Notes: generated by a model not told the origin, from the sequence alone. Shown: positions 1 to 8,088, counted from the stretch's first letter. The stretch is DNA of 64,000 bases from Thermomicrobiales bacterium (GCA_023954495.1 JAMLIA010000007.1:2060-66059), one strand, 5' to 3'. Translations and numbers: made by a program.

Positions 1-1235
1 CGGTCGGCGGTGTTCATCGTGCCGATGATCCACAGGTTCTCCGGCAGCGCGAACGGCTCGTCGGAGTACTGCAGGCTCAGCTCGTGATCGCGGTACTCCA
101 GCAGGAAATAGAGCTCGCCGAACACCTTGGCAATGTTGCCGCGATTGATCTCGTCGATCAGCAGGACGTAGGTCTGCCCGGGATCCTCGCGCGCCGCATT
201 AGCGATGCGCACCAGCGGGCCATTGCGCAGCTCGAACCCGCCGCTCGCGGCTGGCCGATAACCCTGCACGAAGTCCTCGTAGGCGTACGAGGGATGGAAC
301 TGCACCAGCGCCACTCGACTGCTGTCACCGGCAATCGTCTCGGCCAGTCTGCGAGCAACGTACGTCTTGCCGGTGCCCGGTGGTCCGTAGAAGATAGCTT
401 GTCGCTTGTCATCCAGCAGGTTGTTGATGCGCAGCAGGAACTCGACCGGCAGCAGCAGCTCGTCGGCGAGGGCGGCGAGAGGATCGGTGGGTGAGGGTGG
501 TGGAGTGATTGGGTCGGGGGAAGGATCAGTTGTCTTTGTGCGGAATGTCTGCAAGCGTGCTTTCTCTTCTTCGGGCCAATTGGCCATTGACCGATGATCG
601 AGTTTCCACTCCGTGACAGCCAAAGCGACACTATGGGCGTCCTGTCGGTCTTGAAGATCCAGTCCTTGCTTCGTCGCTTCTGTAAGCATCGTATCGAAGA
701 ATCGCAGCGCGTGTGGATAGACGCTCGTTTGGTTGTCTGGCGGCAGGGGATAGTTGGTTAGCACATAGCAGTCCTCGGTTGACGACGGGCGAATGGGTGG
801 ATACCTGGATGGATCAATCCCCATCATAAGAACCGAAAAGATCGCATCTCGCTGACCGCGACGTTTCACACTTTCAGGTAGTGAACTGAAGAATGCGTTC
901 GACGCTTGCTGGATGTCGTGTGTAGACCAAATATCGCGTAGCATCGCCTGTACCGCAGTACGGTTGGTCATTGCCCACGCACGAAACTCGTTAATCGTAT
1001 TCCAGTGAACGATGCTGCTCGTACTAGCCTTATATGCCCTAGACTTAAATGCTCCTTCCAGTGGCCCGAGCCAGTCGCTTTCGTTTAGAAGTGCGTCTTT
1101 GGCTGACTGGACTAGCTCGGCGACCTGCAACTTGTACTCGCGAGCTTCATCGTCGAAGCCATCCCACTCATAAAACCGTCTCGCCCAGTAAATGAACTCG
1201 TCCCAAGGGTTTTCAGAGGCACGTTGCTCCGACAT
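1..1235 (-). CDS. McrB-like AAA+ GTPase (type IV restriction-type); C-terminus lies beyond the left window edge
   Basis: Reverse-strand ORF open to position 1. It is absent from the ORF track because it has no in-window stop. ATG at 1235. Translation has Walker [11 protein letters not shown], McrB-type Walker B/signature [25 protein letters not shown], and [10 protein letters not shown]. The N-terminal ~240 aa are unrecognised and are followed by a Pro-rich linker. Confidence 0.85.
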   Translation of the reverse strand, partial: MSEQRASENPWDEFIYWARRFYEWDGFDDEAREYKLQVAELVQSAKDALLNESDWLGPLEGAFKSRAYKASTSSIVHWNTINEFRAWAMTNRTAVQAMLRDIWSTHDIQQASNAFFSSLPESVKRRGQRDAIFSVLMMGIDPSRYPPIRPSSTEDCYVLTNYPLPPDNQTSVYPHALRFFDTMLTEATKQGLDLQDRQDAHSVALAVTEWKLDHRSMANWPEEEKARLQTFRTKTTDPSPDPITPPPSPTDPLAALADELLLPVEFLLRINNLLDDKRQAIFYGPPGTGKTYVARRLAETIAGDSSRVALVQFHPSYAYEDFVQGYRPAASGGFELRNGPLVRIANAAREDPGQTYVLLIDEINRGNIAKVFGELYFLLEYRDHELSLQYSDEPFALPENLWIIGTMNTAD

Positions 1236-1337
1236 ACGTCATTGCTCCATCTTTGGTTCATTGTGCGGACGATCAATGGCATCCTGTCAGATGTGCTGGC
1301 TTGGCAGTCCCTCTGCGTTGGGTTGCATCGAATGGAA

Positions 1338-1491
1338 GGGAGATTTCTCACTGCGGTTCGAAATGACAGGATTCGAGGGTGGCTGCCGCGCCGGGACGCT
1401 CGACATGCTGGAACTGACGACCTTCAGCAGGTTGTCAGAGCGACAGCCAACCCCATTTCCTGTCATTTCGAACCGCAGTGAGAAATCTCCC
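1338..1491. repeat. Palindromic MITE/REP-like element, copy 1
   Basis: Perfect 34-bp inverted repeat: gggagatttctcactgcggttcgaaatgacagga (1338-1371) and its exact reverse complement (1458-1491). They flank an 86-nt partly self-complementary core. Related copies lie at 21025-21265 and 47598-47758. Confidence 0.9.
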
Positions 1492-1611
1492 ACCCGTCCC
1501 GCGCGGAAGAGCGAACCCGGCGTGATACGCCCTGCGGGCAAGCCGCCGCTCTGGCCTGCTCCCCAATTGACGATTCAGTGATCTTCTCTGAAGGTGAATA
1601 TACGGCATCCG

Positions 1612-1648
1612 CTACACAAAATGCGGGAGGGCCGTTCGGCCCACCCGC
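1612..1648 (-). terminator. Intrinsic terminator candidate for the small-ORF operon
   Basis: 11-bp stem gcgggagggcc / ggcccacccgc (one mismatch) with loop gttc at 1623-1648. On the minus strand it is followed by attttgtgtag. It lies 27 nt downstream of the stop of ORF 1675-1881. Confidence 0.6.
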
Positions 1649-1674
1649 GCTCTTGCTGTATTCAGTTGGAGGCG

Positions 1675-1881
1675 CTACACGTCCAGCGCGCCGCGAAGGC
1701 GGCGGAAGATGGCGCGGCCGACGCCGGTGCGGGTGCCGCCGGAGAATTCGGCGGAGGAGCGCGACGGGAGCTCGAAGACTTCGAGATAGTGGACGCGCGC
1801 CGGCTGCTGCCCGCAATTAACCAGCGACTGCTGCGCCTGTGTGTCAGCGTAGCGGGTCATGATGTCGCGGTGATCGATCAT
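1675..1881 (-). CDS. Hypothetical small protein (68 aa; alternative start M8 at 1860)
   Basis: ORF from the track. Third-position GC is very high in this frame. A terminator hairpin lies downstream. No family recognised. Confidence 0.6.
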   Translation of the reverse strand: MIDHRDIMTRYADTQAQQSLVNCGQQPARVHYLEVFELPSRSSAEFSGGTRTGVGRAIFRRLRGALDV

Positions 1882-1926
1882 TGTGGTGGTGGATCCTTCT
1901 GTCTCAGGACGATGGCCGGGCGAGGC

Positions 1927-2067
1927 TCAGGAGCGACGGAGCAGGCGAGTGCGCTGCGCCCGGTTCGCCTCGCGCTGACGATCGGCTTCGATGGTCTTGG
2001 CCAGCCGGATGGCGGTGTCAGGATCAATAACGAACATGCGTTTGCCTTTCGCGCTGCGCCGGATCAT
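1927..2067 (-). CDS. Hypothetical micro-protein (46 aa; or 36 aa from ATG 2037)
   Basis: Found by hand, below the track threshold: MIRRSAKGKRMFVIDPDTAIRLAKTIEADRQREANRAQRTRLLRRS. It lies between the minus-strand promoter (2126-2154) and ORF 1675-1881. Third-position GC is moderate to high. Confidence 0.35.
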   Translation of the reverse strand: MIRRSAKGKRMFVIDPDTAIRLAKTIEADRQREANRAQRTRLLRRS

Positions 2068-2081
2068 CCACTGGGTCGATC

Positions 2082-2110
2082 TTGACGCCGTGACCGTAAC
2101 TTGTTACAGT
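2082..2110 (+). promoter_or_regulatory. Sigma70-type promoter candidate for the CGNR gene
   Basis: TTGACG (2082-2087), 17-nt spacer, TACAGT (2105-2110). It lies ~97 nt upstream of ATG 2207. Confidence 0.5.
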
Positions 2111-2125
2111 CAATTCACAGGTTAC

Positions 2126-2154
2126 ATCATAGCAGGAGTGGCGTAACCTGTCAA
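2126..2154 (-). promoter_or_regulatory. Sigma70-type promoter candidate for the small-ORF operon
   Basis: Read on the minus strand: TTGACA (2154-2149), 17-nt spacer, TATGAT (2131-2126). It points leftwards toward ATG 2067. Confidence 0.5.
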
Positions 2155-2206
2155 TGGTTATATGCCAGTTACGGCAGTGGGATTTTGCCGCCTGGAAGGT
2201 GATGTC

Positions 2207-2836
2207 ATGGAAGAGTTCGCGCCCGAAGCGGGGGCGTTCGACTATACGTCCGGGGCGCTCGCGCTCGATTTCGTCAATACGCTGAGCGGTCGCTACGATG
2301 AAGAGCCGCGCGATCAGATACGCTCGTACGATGAGCTGTTGTCGTTCGCGCGCGGTGTCGATTGCATCGACGCTGCCGACACTGGCGCGCTTGCCCAGAT
2401 GGCGATGCGCGCCGCCGATGACGCGGCTCGCGCCTGGCAGGACGCTCTGCACGTCCGCGAGGTGCTGTTCAGCATCTTCGCTTCAGTTGCGGCGGGCCAC
2501 ACGCCGCGGCAGAGCGATCTCAGCAAGATCGGCCCGAGCATGGTGCGCGCCGCAGAGCAGCGGCGGCTCCAGGTGCTGGATGGCCAGGTGGTCCTTGGCT
2601 GGGAGCCGGTTGGTGATGTTCCCGCGTTCCTCGAACGCCCCCTCTGGCCGATTGTGCAGGACGCCGTCGATCTGCTGATTCACGGGCAGCTCGATCGCGT
2701 TCGTGAGTGCGCAGCCGACGATTGCGGTTGGCTATTTATCGATGCCACCCGTAACCGGAGTCGGCGCTGGTGCAGCATGCAGACCTGCGGCAACCGCGCC
2801 AAGGTCTCCAATTTCCGTGCGCGCAAGCGCGAATAG
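2207..2836 (+). CDS. CGNR zinc-finger domain protein (ABATE-like N-domain)
   Basis: C-terminal motif CAADDCGWLFIDATRNRSRRWCSMQTCGNRAKVSNFRARK. RBS GGAAGGTG precedes ATG 2207. The track ORF starts at 2162. Confidence 0.85.
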   Translation: MEEFAPEAGAFDYTSGALALDFVNTLSGRYDEEPRDQIRSYDELLSFARGVDCIDAADTGALAQMAMRAADDAARAWQDALHVREVLFSIFASVAAGHTPRQSDLSKIGPSMVRAAEQRRLQVLDGQVVLGWEPVGDVPAFLERPLWPIVQDAVDLLIHGQLDRVRECAADDCGWLFIDATRNRSRRWCSMQTCGNRAKVSNFRARKRE

Positions 2837-2904
2837 CCTTTGTGTCCTGTCATGTATGTGCATGTCCGACGAGATTGCGGGTGTTTGCCTCATCAGAGCG
2901 GAAT

Positions 2905-2920
2905 CTGAATGATCATTCAG
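2905..2920. promoter_or_regulatory. 16-bp perfect palindrome, operator candidate
   Basis: ctgaatgatcattcag is its own reverse complement. It is AT-rich in a GC-rich intergenic region between the CGNR gene and the XRE regulator gene. Confidence 0.35.
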
Positions 2921-3104
2921 CATTACGCGACAGGAGTCATGACAGTTTGTGCATGATGCGGCATTTGCGGGATGATGTTCGAGAATACCATCAGGGAGTT
3001 GGGTTGACATTTGCTTCAACGTTACTCATCCTTGATCTGTTGACGCATCCTGTCTGCGTCGGTGGGGTAGGGCGTGGATTGGTTTTCAGGTAAGGAGCCC
3101 AGTA

Positions 3105-3473
3105 GTGGCCGCTCGTTCGCGTAACTCGATGGGGCCAAGGATTCGCGAGCTGCGTATGGAGTGCGGACTCACGCTCGATGAGTTGGCTCGGCGAGCAGGT
3201 ATATCGGCCAGCCATCTGTCGCGGCTCGAGCGCGGCCAGACCGCGCCGTCGTTCAAGGTTGCAGCAGATATTGCCCGCGAGATTGGTGTCAAGCCAAGTG
3301 AGCTGGCTACGATTCAGCGTGAGCAGTCAGACGTGGATGCTGCACTGATTGACGCACTGGGTGAGCTGGGCCTGGACATGGAAGTCGCGCAGCACATCTG
3401 CGACCGTATCTCGACGTCCGCGCGCTCGGCGCTGGTCGCCGTGCTGCGGCCTGAGGCGGAGGCCGCGAGCTAG
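3105..3473 (+). CDS. XRE-family helix-turn-helix transcriptional regulator
   Basis: HTH_3-type segment IRELRMECGLTLDELARRAGISASHLSRLERGQTAPS. GTG start 8 nt after AAGGAG. Confidence 0.85.
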   Translation: MAARSRNSMGPRIRELRMECGLTLDELARRAGISASHLSRLERGQTAPSFKVAADIAREIGVKPSELATIQREQSDVDAALIDALGELGLDMEVAQHICDRISTSARSALVAVLRPEAEAAS

Positions 3474-4276
3474 TCCGTCAGCCGCTTCCCGAGAATCCAG
3501 CGGGTATACAGCAACTCAAAGCCTCGCCGTTGCATATTGCGCGGCGAGGCGTTTTCTGTGCCGGTCTGCGATGTTGCGAGATCAGCGCCCAGCTCGAGCG
3601 CATCACGCAGCCGCCGCCGAATCAGCGCGCCCTGTCCGCCACGTCCGCGGAAGACGGGCATCGTCGTCGCGACGAAGAGCTGGGCGACACCGTCAGTGAC
3701 ACACATGACCGATGCCGAACCCGGCTGGCCGTCGTACTCGACCAGGTAGTGTGCCCAGCCGGGTAGCCCGAGGGTCGCAGCGAAGATGTGCCCACGGACC
3801 GAATCCTCGGGCAGGTCGTAGCCGATGTTCAGGACGCGCGCGAACGCATCGGACTCTGCGGCATCCACGCGGCGAACGGTCGGCGCATCTGCCGGTTCGG
3901 CCATGATGGCGAGGTCGGTGTCCGCCAGCCTGCGGCCCCACATGTGCTCCTGATAGTCCTCGCGGAAGCCGAGCCGGGCGACGTGGTCCTTGCCGACGGC
4001 GTCGATCGTCTCCGGAGAGCCGTCAATGCCCAGGACGATTGCGCCGTCTGCGCGCGCTGCTTCCTCAATGTGCGTGATCGTTAGATACGGATTGCTTGCG
4101 TCGGTGAGGTTGATGATGCAGTTGTAGCCGGGATCATTGTCATGGCGCGACCAGACGGTGGTCACGCCATCGATCTCAACGACGGCGGTGCCGAGATCGG
4201 TAGCGGCGCGATACATTGCGGTGAACGAATCGTTCTCCGCGCGCTCGATGCGCTCCACCATTTCACGATCGATCAT
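3470..4276 (-). CDS. GNAT-family N-acetyltransferase (two-domain size)
   Basis: Acetyl-CoA motif VFRGRGGQGALIRRRL...NMQRRGFEL. The start was moved to M12 (ATG 4276), which is preceded by GAGGAGG. Confidence 0.8.
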   Translation of the reverse strand: MIDREMVERIERAENDSFTAMYRAATDLGTAVVEIDGVTTVWSRHDNDPGYNCIINLTDASNPYLTITHIEEAARADGAIVLGIDGSPETIDAVGKDHVARLGFREDYQEHMWGRRLADTDLAIMAEPADAPTVRRVDAAESDAFARVLNIGYDLPEDSVRGHIFAATLGLPGWAHYLVEYDGQPGSASVMCVTDGVAQLFVATTMPVFRGRGGQGALIRRRLRDALELGADLATSQTGTENASPRNMQRRGFELLYTRWILGKRLTD

Positions 4277-4365
4277 CCCGGCCTCCTCGGTTCGTATGCA
4301 CCCGGTCATACACAGAGTATAGGTGAGCCGCGAATGCTATCCTCAAGGAGGAGGGATGCCGAAGG

Positions 4366-5112
4366 ATGGGCATGACCGACGCACATGCGGAGGGCCACCA
4401 GGCTCGCCGTGCCTGGCTGGATCGTGAGCGTGATGAGTGGGTACGAGCCTTTGTCGGCGCTCTCGACGACGCTATTCAGCACCTGCACGCCATGATCTTT
4501 GAAGAGGGCTGGGACGCGCTGCTCGCCGAGTACGGCGACGAGGCGGTCGCGCTGCGCGAGAGTGTCCATCACTACGAGCGTGGGCTGGCGCATCTGTTTG
4601 GCTTCGTGCGCGCTTGCGGGACGTTGGCCGACGAAGTTGCCTGGTCGTCGATGAAGACCGAGTATCGGCGCACTGCCGTTGAGGCCGACGTTGAGATCAC
4701 GCTGCGCACGGCGCTGGAGACCAGCCTGTACGCCGCCGAGCGCGTGCCGCTCGGTGATCACGCGCTCTGGCTGGCCGGGACCGACGCGATGATGCTGTTT
4801 CTCTATCAGGCTGCAGCGGACGCTGCGCCGCACCCCGGTGTGATGACGGCGCTGGAAGACCAGTTGCGCTGGGCCTATGGCGCCCTGCAGGCATTTGAGG
4901 AACACGCCGCGTTTCACGCTGCGTTTGTCGCCTACGTGCATGACCCCCATGTTCGGCCCATTATTGAGGCGTTGACCAGTACCAGCGCCGAGGCGATTGC
5001 CAACTGGCAGGCCGGGCTGTTGCCGCTGACACGTTTTGATCTGTTGATGAACACCAGCCTGGTCTGGTTGGCGAGTGCGGTCGCTCGGACGCCGATCGAG
5101 CGGTCGGACTGA
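4366..5112 (+). CDS. Hypothetical protein
   Basis: 248-aa ORF with balanced composition and high third-position GC. AAGGAGGAGGG lies upstream. No family recognised. Confidence 0.6.
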   Translation: MGMTDAHAEGHQARRAWLDRERDEWVRAFVGALDDAIQHLHAMIFEEGWDALLAEYGDEAVALRESVHHYERGLAHLFGFVRACGTLADEVAWSSMKTEYRRTAVEADVEITLRTALETSLYAAERVPLGDHALWLAGTDAMMLFLYQAAADAAPHPGVMTALEDQLRWAYGALQAFEEHAAFHAAFVAYVHDPHVRPIIEALTSTSAEAIANWQAGLLPLTRFDLLMNTSLVWLASAVARTPIERSD

Positions 5113-5176
5113 CCCGGAAAACCAGCCATTGGCTCGCCCCGGCTGGAATACTTTGGCCGGGAGGAGATGCGAGAGT

Positions 5177-5722
5177 ATGCGCCTGACACGAACGGACGAT
5201 GGTGGCCGGAGCGGCCTGCTGATAGCAGCCCTGCTGGTGGCGTCACTCCTGCTCAGCGGTTGCGCTGGATATGGCGGACGCACGGTCGGGAAGGACGGCG
5301 CAGACGCCGTCGTCCGAACGGACGGCGAGCACTGCGAGATGACGTTGCCGGAAGGCTGGAAGTGGTATCCGGCCAAGTGGGCGGCTGAGTCGCCGAAGGG
5401 CACGCAGCTCTCGTTCGACGAGATCGCCCTCGGACGCCCGCAGAACCCCGACTGGAGCGAGCTGCGCGATCGGACGGTGGACGACGTGACCCGCCGCAAC
5501 CCGAACGCGCAGGTCTCTGCCGACGACAGCGAAATCCGGATTGACTACGGCAACGACGGCGGCATCAGCGTCATCCAGCGTTTCGACCGCTATGCCTGCC
5601 GCCTGGCGTTCAGCAACAGCCAGCAGACGCGCACCGAAGAAATGCCTGAATGGGACGCGATCATCGCGTCGCTGGCGCGCATTAGCCCGACGCCCGACTT
5701 CACCCCACCGGCCGACGACTGA
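5177..5722 (+). CDS. Hypothetical lipoprotein
   Basis: Signal peptide plus lipobox LLLSGC after the internal ATG at 5177 (MRLTRTDDGGRSGLLIAALLVASLLLSGCAG). Confidence 0.7.
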   Translation: MRLTRTDDGGRSGLLIAALLVASLLLSGCAGYGGRTVGKDGADAVVRTDGEHCEMTLPEGWKWYPAKWAAESPKGTQLSFDEIALGRPQNPDWSELRDRTVDDVTRRNPNAQVSADDSEIRIDYGNDGGISVIQRFDRYACRLAFSNSQQTRTEEMPEWDAIIASLARISPTPDFTPPADD

Positions 5723-5731
5723 GGAGGTTTC

Positions 5732-6688
5732 GTGGTGACGAGCATGGCAACGGTCGCAGACAGGATCGGTCTCAATCTGCGGCGCGGCACACCAGCCGAG
5801 ACGATCTCCCGAATTCAGCAGGCAGAGCAAGCGGGGATTCGTTCCATCTGGATGACGATGGGTGCGCTCGGTGCCGACACGTTGGCCGTGTTCGCTGCGG
5901 CGTCGATGGTGACTGAGCGCGTGCGCATGAGCAGCGGCATCGTGCCGGCCTTCACTCGCCATCCGCTCGGTCTCGCCGGCGAGGCGCTGGCGCTGGATGG
6001 CATCGCGCCGGGCCGGATTCGGCTGGGTATCGGGACCAGCCACGGCCCGACGATGGCGGCGTACGGCCTGTCGGTCGATCAGCCGCTGGAGTGGTTCGGC
6101 GAGTACGTGCAGATCCTGCACTCGGCCATGCGTGATGGAGCGGTCACGCTGGCGGGGCGCTGGTATCAGGTGGACGCGACGATGGCCGGCACGTCGAGCG
6201 TGCCGCTGCTGGTGTCGGCGCTGCGTCCGCGCGCCTGGGAGCTGGCTGGTGAGCTGAGCGATGGCGGCGTCTCGTGGCTGTGCCCGGTTGATTACCTCAC
6301 TGGCGAAGCGCGAGATGCTATGCAGCGTGGTGCCGAGCGGGCCGGACGGCCCGTGCCACCGATGGTCGCACAGGTGCCGGTGGCGCTGACTACCGACCGG
6401 GCGGCGGTGCGGGCGGCGGCGAGCGCGCAGTTGGCGAACTATCGCCGCCTGCCGTTCTATGCACGCATGTTCGCTGCGGCTGGCTACCCGCTGACGCCGG
6501 AAGGCGAATTCACCGACGGACTGCTCGATCATCTGGTTATCAGCGGCAGTGATGATGAGATCGTCGCGCAACTCAGCGAGCGCCTGAATCTCGGGTTGGA
6601 TGAGCTGCTCGTCTCACATCTGCCGGTTGGCGATGTCGGGGCGGAGGAGCAGCACCTGATGCACCTGCTCGGTGCGATCGGGCCGTAG
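5732..6688 (+). CDS. Luciferase-like monooxygenase (LLM) family oxidoreductase
   Basis: LLM-type TIM-barrel sequence (AEQAGIRSIWMT..., RIRLGIGTSHGP...). GAGGAGG precedes the GTG start. Confidence 0.8.
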   Translation: MVTSMATVADRIGLNLRRGTPAETISRIQQAEQAGIRSIWMTMGALGADTLAVFAAASMVTERVRMSSGIVPAFTRHPLGLAGEALALDGIAPGRIRLGIGTSHGPTMAAYGLSVDQPLEWFGEYVQILHSAMRDGAVTLAGRWYQVDATMAGTSSVPLLVSALRPRAWELAGELSDGGVSWLCPVDYLTGEARDAMQRGAERAGRPVPPMVAQVPVALTTDRAAVRAAASAQLANYRRLPFYARMFAAAGYPLTPEGEFTDGLLDHLVISGSDDEIVAQLSERLNLGLDELLVSHLPVGDVGAEEQHLMHLLGAIGP

Positions 6689-6754
6689 ACCGCGCGTATA
6701 CTGCCGCTCACATACACGACAGCGACGATGATCGTAATCGGGAGATGAGGCACG

Positions 6755-7969
6755 ATGGACCTGCGCTTTACTCCGGAGGATGAGGCATTTCGGCAGAAGG
6801 TGCGTGCCTGGCTGGCTGAGCACGCGCCGCGCGAACCGCTAGGCACGGTCGCCGACAAGAAGGCGTGGCATCGTAAGCTCTATGAGGCCGGGTATCTCGG
6901 GATGGGTTGGCCGACGGCGTACGGCGGTCAGAACGCGCGCCCGATCGAGCAGGCCATTGTCGTTGAGGAGATGACGCGCGCGAACGCTCCGGCCTCAATC
7001 AACTGGGCCGGGCTGGGCCTCGTCGGTCCAACGCTCATTCACCACGGCTCCGACGCGCAGCGCGAGCGCTATCTGCGCAAGATCCTGCTCGGCGAGGAAG
7101 TCTGGTGCCAGCTCTATTCCGAGCCGAATGCCGGTTCCGACCTCGCCTCGCTGCAGTGCCGCGCCGACATCGACGGCGACGAGTTCGTTGTCAACGGTCA
7201 GAAAATCTGGACGAGTACCGCGCCCGAGGCGGACATGGGCATCCTGCTGGTCCGCACCGACCGCGAAGCGCCGAAGCACCAGGGCATCTCCTACCTGATC
7301 GTTGATATGCACCAGCCCGGCATTGAGGTGCGTCCACTCCGGCAGGTGACCGGCATCGCCGACGAGTTCGCCGAGGTGTTCTTCACCAACGTCCGTGTTC
7401 CGGCCGACAACCTGATCGGCGAGCTGAACGCCGGCTGGCGGATCGCCCAGACGACGCTGTCCTACGAGCGCGGCGGTGATACCGTCGGCATCGTCGCCGG
7501 GCTGCAACACTCCTACAGCCGCCTGCTGGAGATCGTGCAGACGCCGCAGGGAGGTGGGCAGCGGCCGATCGACGATCCGATCGTTCGGCAGCGGCTGGGC
7601 CAGATCATGGCCGACATCGAGGTGCTGCGTTATTCAACGTTGCGCGTGCTCTCGACGCTGGAGAAGGGCAACCAGCCCGGCCCGGAATCGTCGATCTCGA
7701 AGCTGCATTACTCCGAGCTGGACAAGCGCGTCTACACGCTGATGCTCGACATCCTCGGCCCCTACGGCCAGGTCGTTGATGGCGGCCCGTCCACCTATGC
7801 CTACGCGCCGGACCAGCCGGGCGACCCGCATGGCAACTGGCCGTATCACTACATGCACCCATTCGCCGAGACGATCTATGCCGGATCATCGGAGATCCAG
7901 AAGAACATCATCGGCGAGCGTGTGCTGGGCCTGCCGAAGGAAGTTCGGGCCGACCGACTGGCCCGCTAA
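6755..7969 (+). CDS. Acyl-CoA dehydrogenase family protein
   Basis: WCQLYSEPNAGSDLASL...FVVNGQKIWTSTA and C-terminal IYAGSSEIQKNIIGERVLGLP. Confidence 0.9.
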   Translation: MDLRFTPEDEAFRQKVRAWLAEHAPREPLGTVADKKAWHRKLYEAGYLGMGWPTAYGGQNARPIEQAIVVEEMTRANAPASINWAGLGLVGPTLIHHGSDAQRERYLRKILLGEEVWCQLYSEPNAGSDLASLQCRADIDGDEFVVNGQKIWTSTAPEADMGILLVRTDREAPKHQGISYLIVDMHQPGIEVRPLRQVTGIADEFAEVFFTNVRVPADNLIGELNAGWRIAQTTLSYERGGDTVGIVAGLQHSYSRLLEIVQTPQGGGQRPIDDPIVRQRLGQIMADIEVLRYSTLRVLSTLEKGNQPGPESSISKLHYSELDKRVYTLMLDILGPYGQVVDGGPSTYAYAPDQPGDPHGNWPYHYMHPFAETIYAGSSEIQKNIIGERVLGLPKEVRADRLAR

Positions 7970-8001
7970 CTCCAGCGATTACCCACAACGAACGCAGCAG
8001 A

Positions 8002-8030
8002 GACGGCAACCGAGGTGATCGGTTGCCGTC
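8002..8030 (+). terminator. Intrinsic terminator candidate after the acyl-CoA dehydrogenase gene
   Basis: Perfect 10-bp stem gacggcaacc / ggttgccgtc with a 9-nt loop, followed by the T-containing tract ttgcacgtttgtcattt. Confidence 0.6.
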
Positions 8031-8059
8031 TTGCACGTTTGTCATTTCCGTCTGAGGAT

Positions 8060-8088
8060 TTGACATGCAATTCCCGGATGCCTATAGT
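8060..8088 (+). promoter_or_regulatory. Near-consensus sigma70-type promoter
   Basis: TTGACA (8060-8065), 17-nt spacer, TATAGT (8083-8088). It lies ~185 nt upstream of the cytochrome c start codon. Confidence 0.55.

Noticed and set aside
1351-1371. GGTTCGAA within the repeat arms resembles a tRNA T-loop, raising the idea of a tRNA or tRNA-derived SINE.
   Set aside because: No acceptor stem, D-arm or anticodon arm can be drawn around it. The motif is part of a long perfect palindrome.
1338-1491. Possibility that the repeated palindromes (here, at 21025-21265 and at 47598-47758) are CRISPR repeats or a degenerate array.
   Set aside because: Each locus is a single inverted pair, not a series of direct repeats with regular unique spacers. 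The loci are tens of kb apart and there are no cas genes.
1594-2085. 163-aa plus-strand ORF spanning the small-ORF region.
   Set aside because: It has Ala/Gly/Arg-rich junk composition. The minus-strand ORFs carry the codon bias, the promoter and the terminator.
3105-4276. XRE regulator plus GNAT as a GNAT-toxin/antitoxin pair.
   Set aside because: The genes are convergent (3' ends overlap), not co-transcribed. The GNAT is a ~270-aa two-domain protein, unlike the small tRNA-acetylating toxins.
4306-5499. 397-aa minus-strand ORF, one of the longest in the track.
   Set aside because: It is a shadow ORF antisense to the 4366-5112 gene and the lipoprotein gene. It is Arg/Ser/Pro/Gly-rich with no motif. 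The plus-strand frames carry the high third-position GC and the RBS signals.
5243-6571. 442-aa minus-strand ORF.
   Set aside because: It is antisense to the well-supported LLM oxidoreductase gene. Its composition is dominated by Arg/His/Ala/Pro, which is typical of mirror frames in high-GC DNA.
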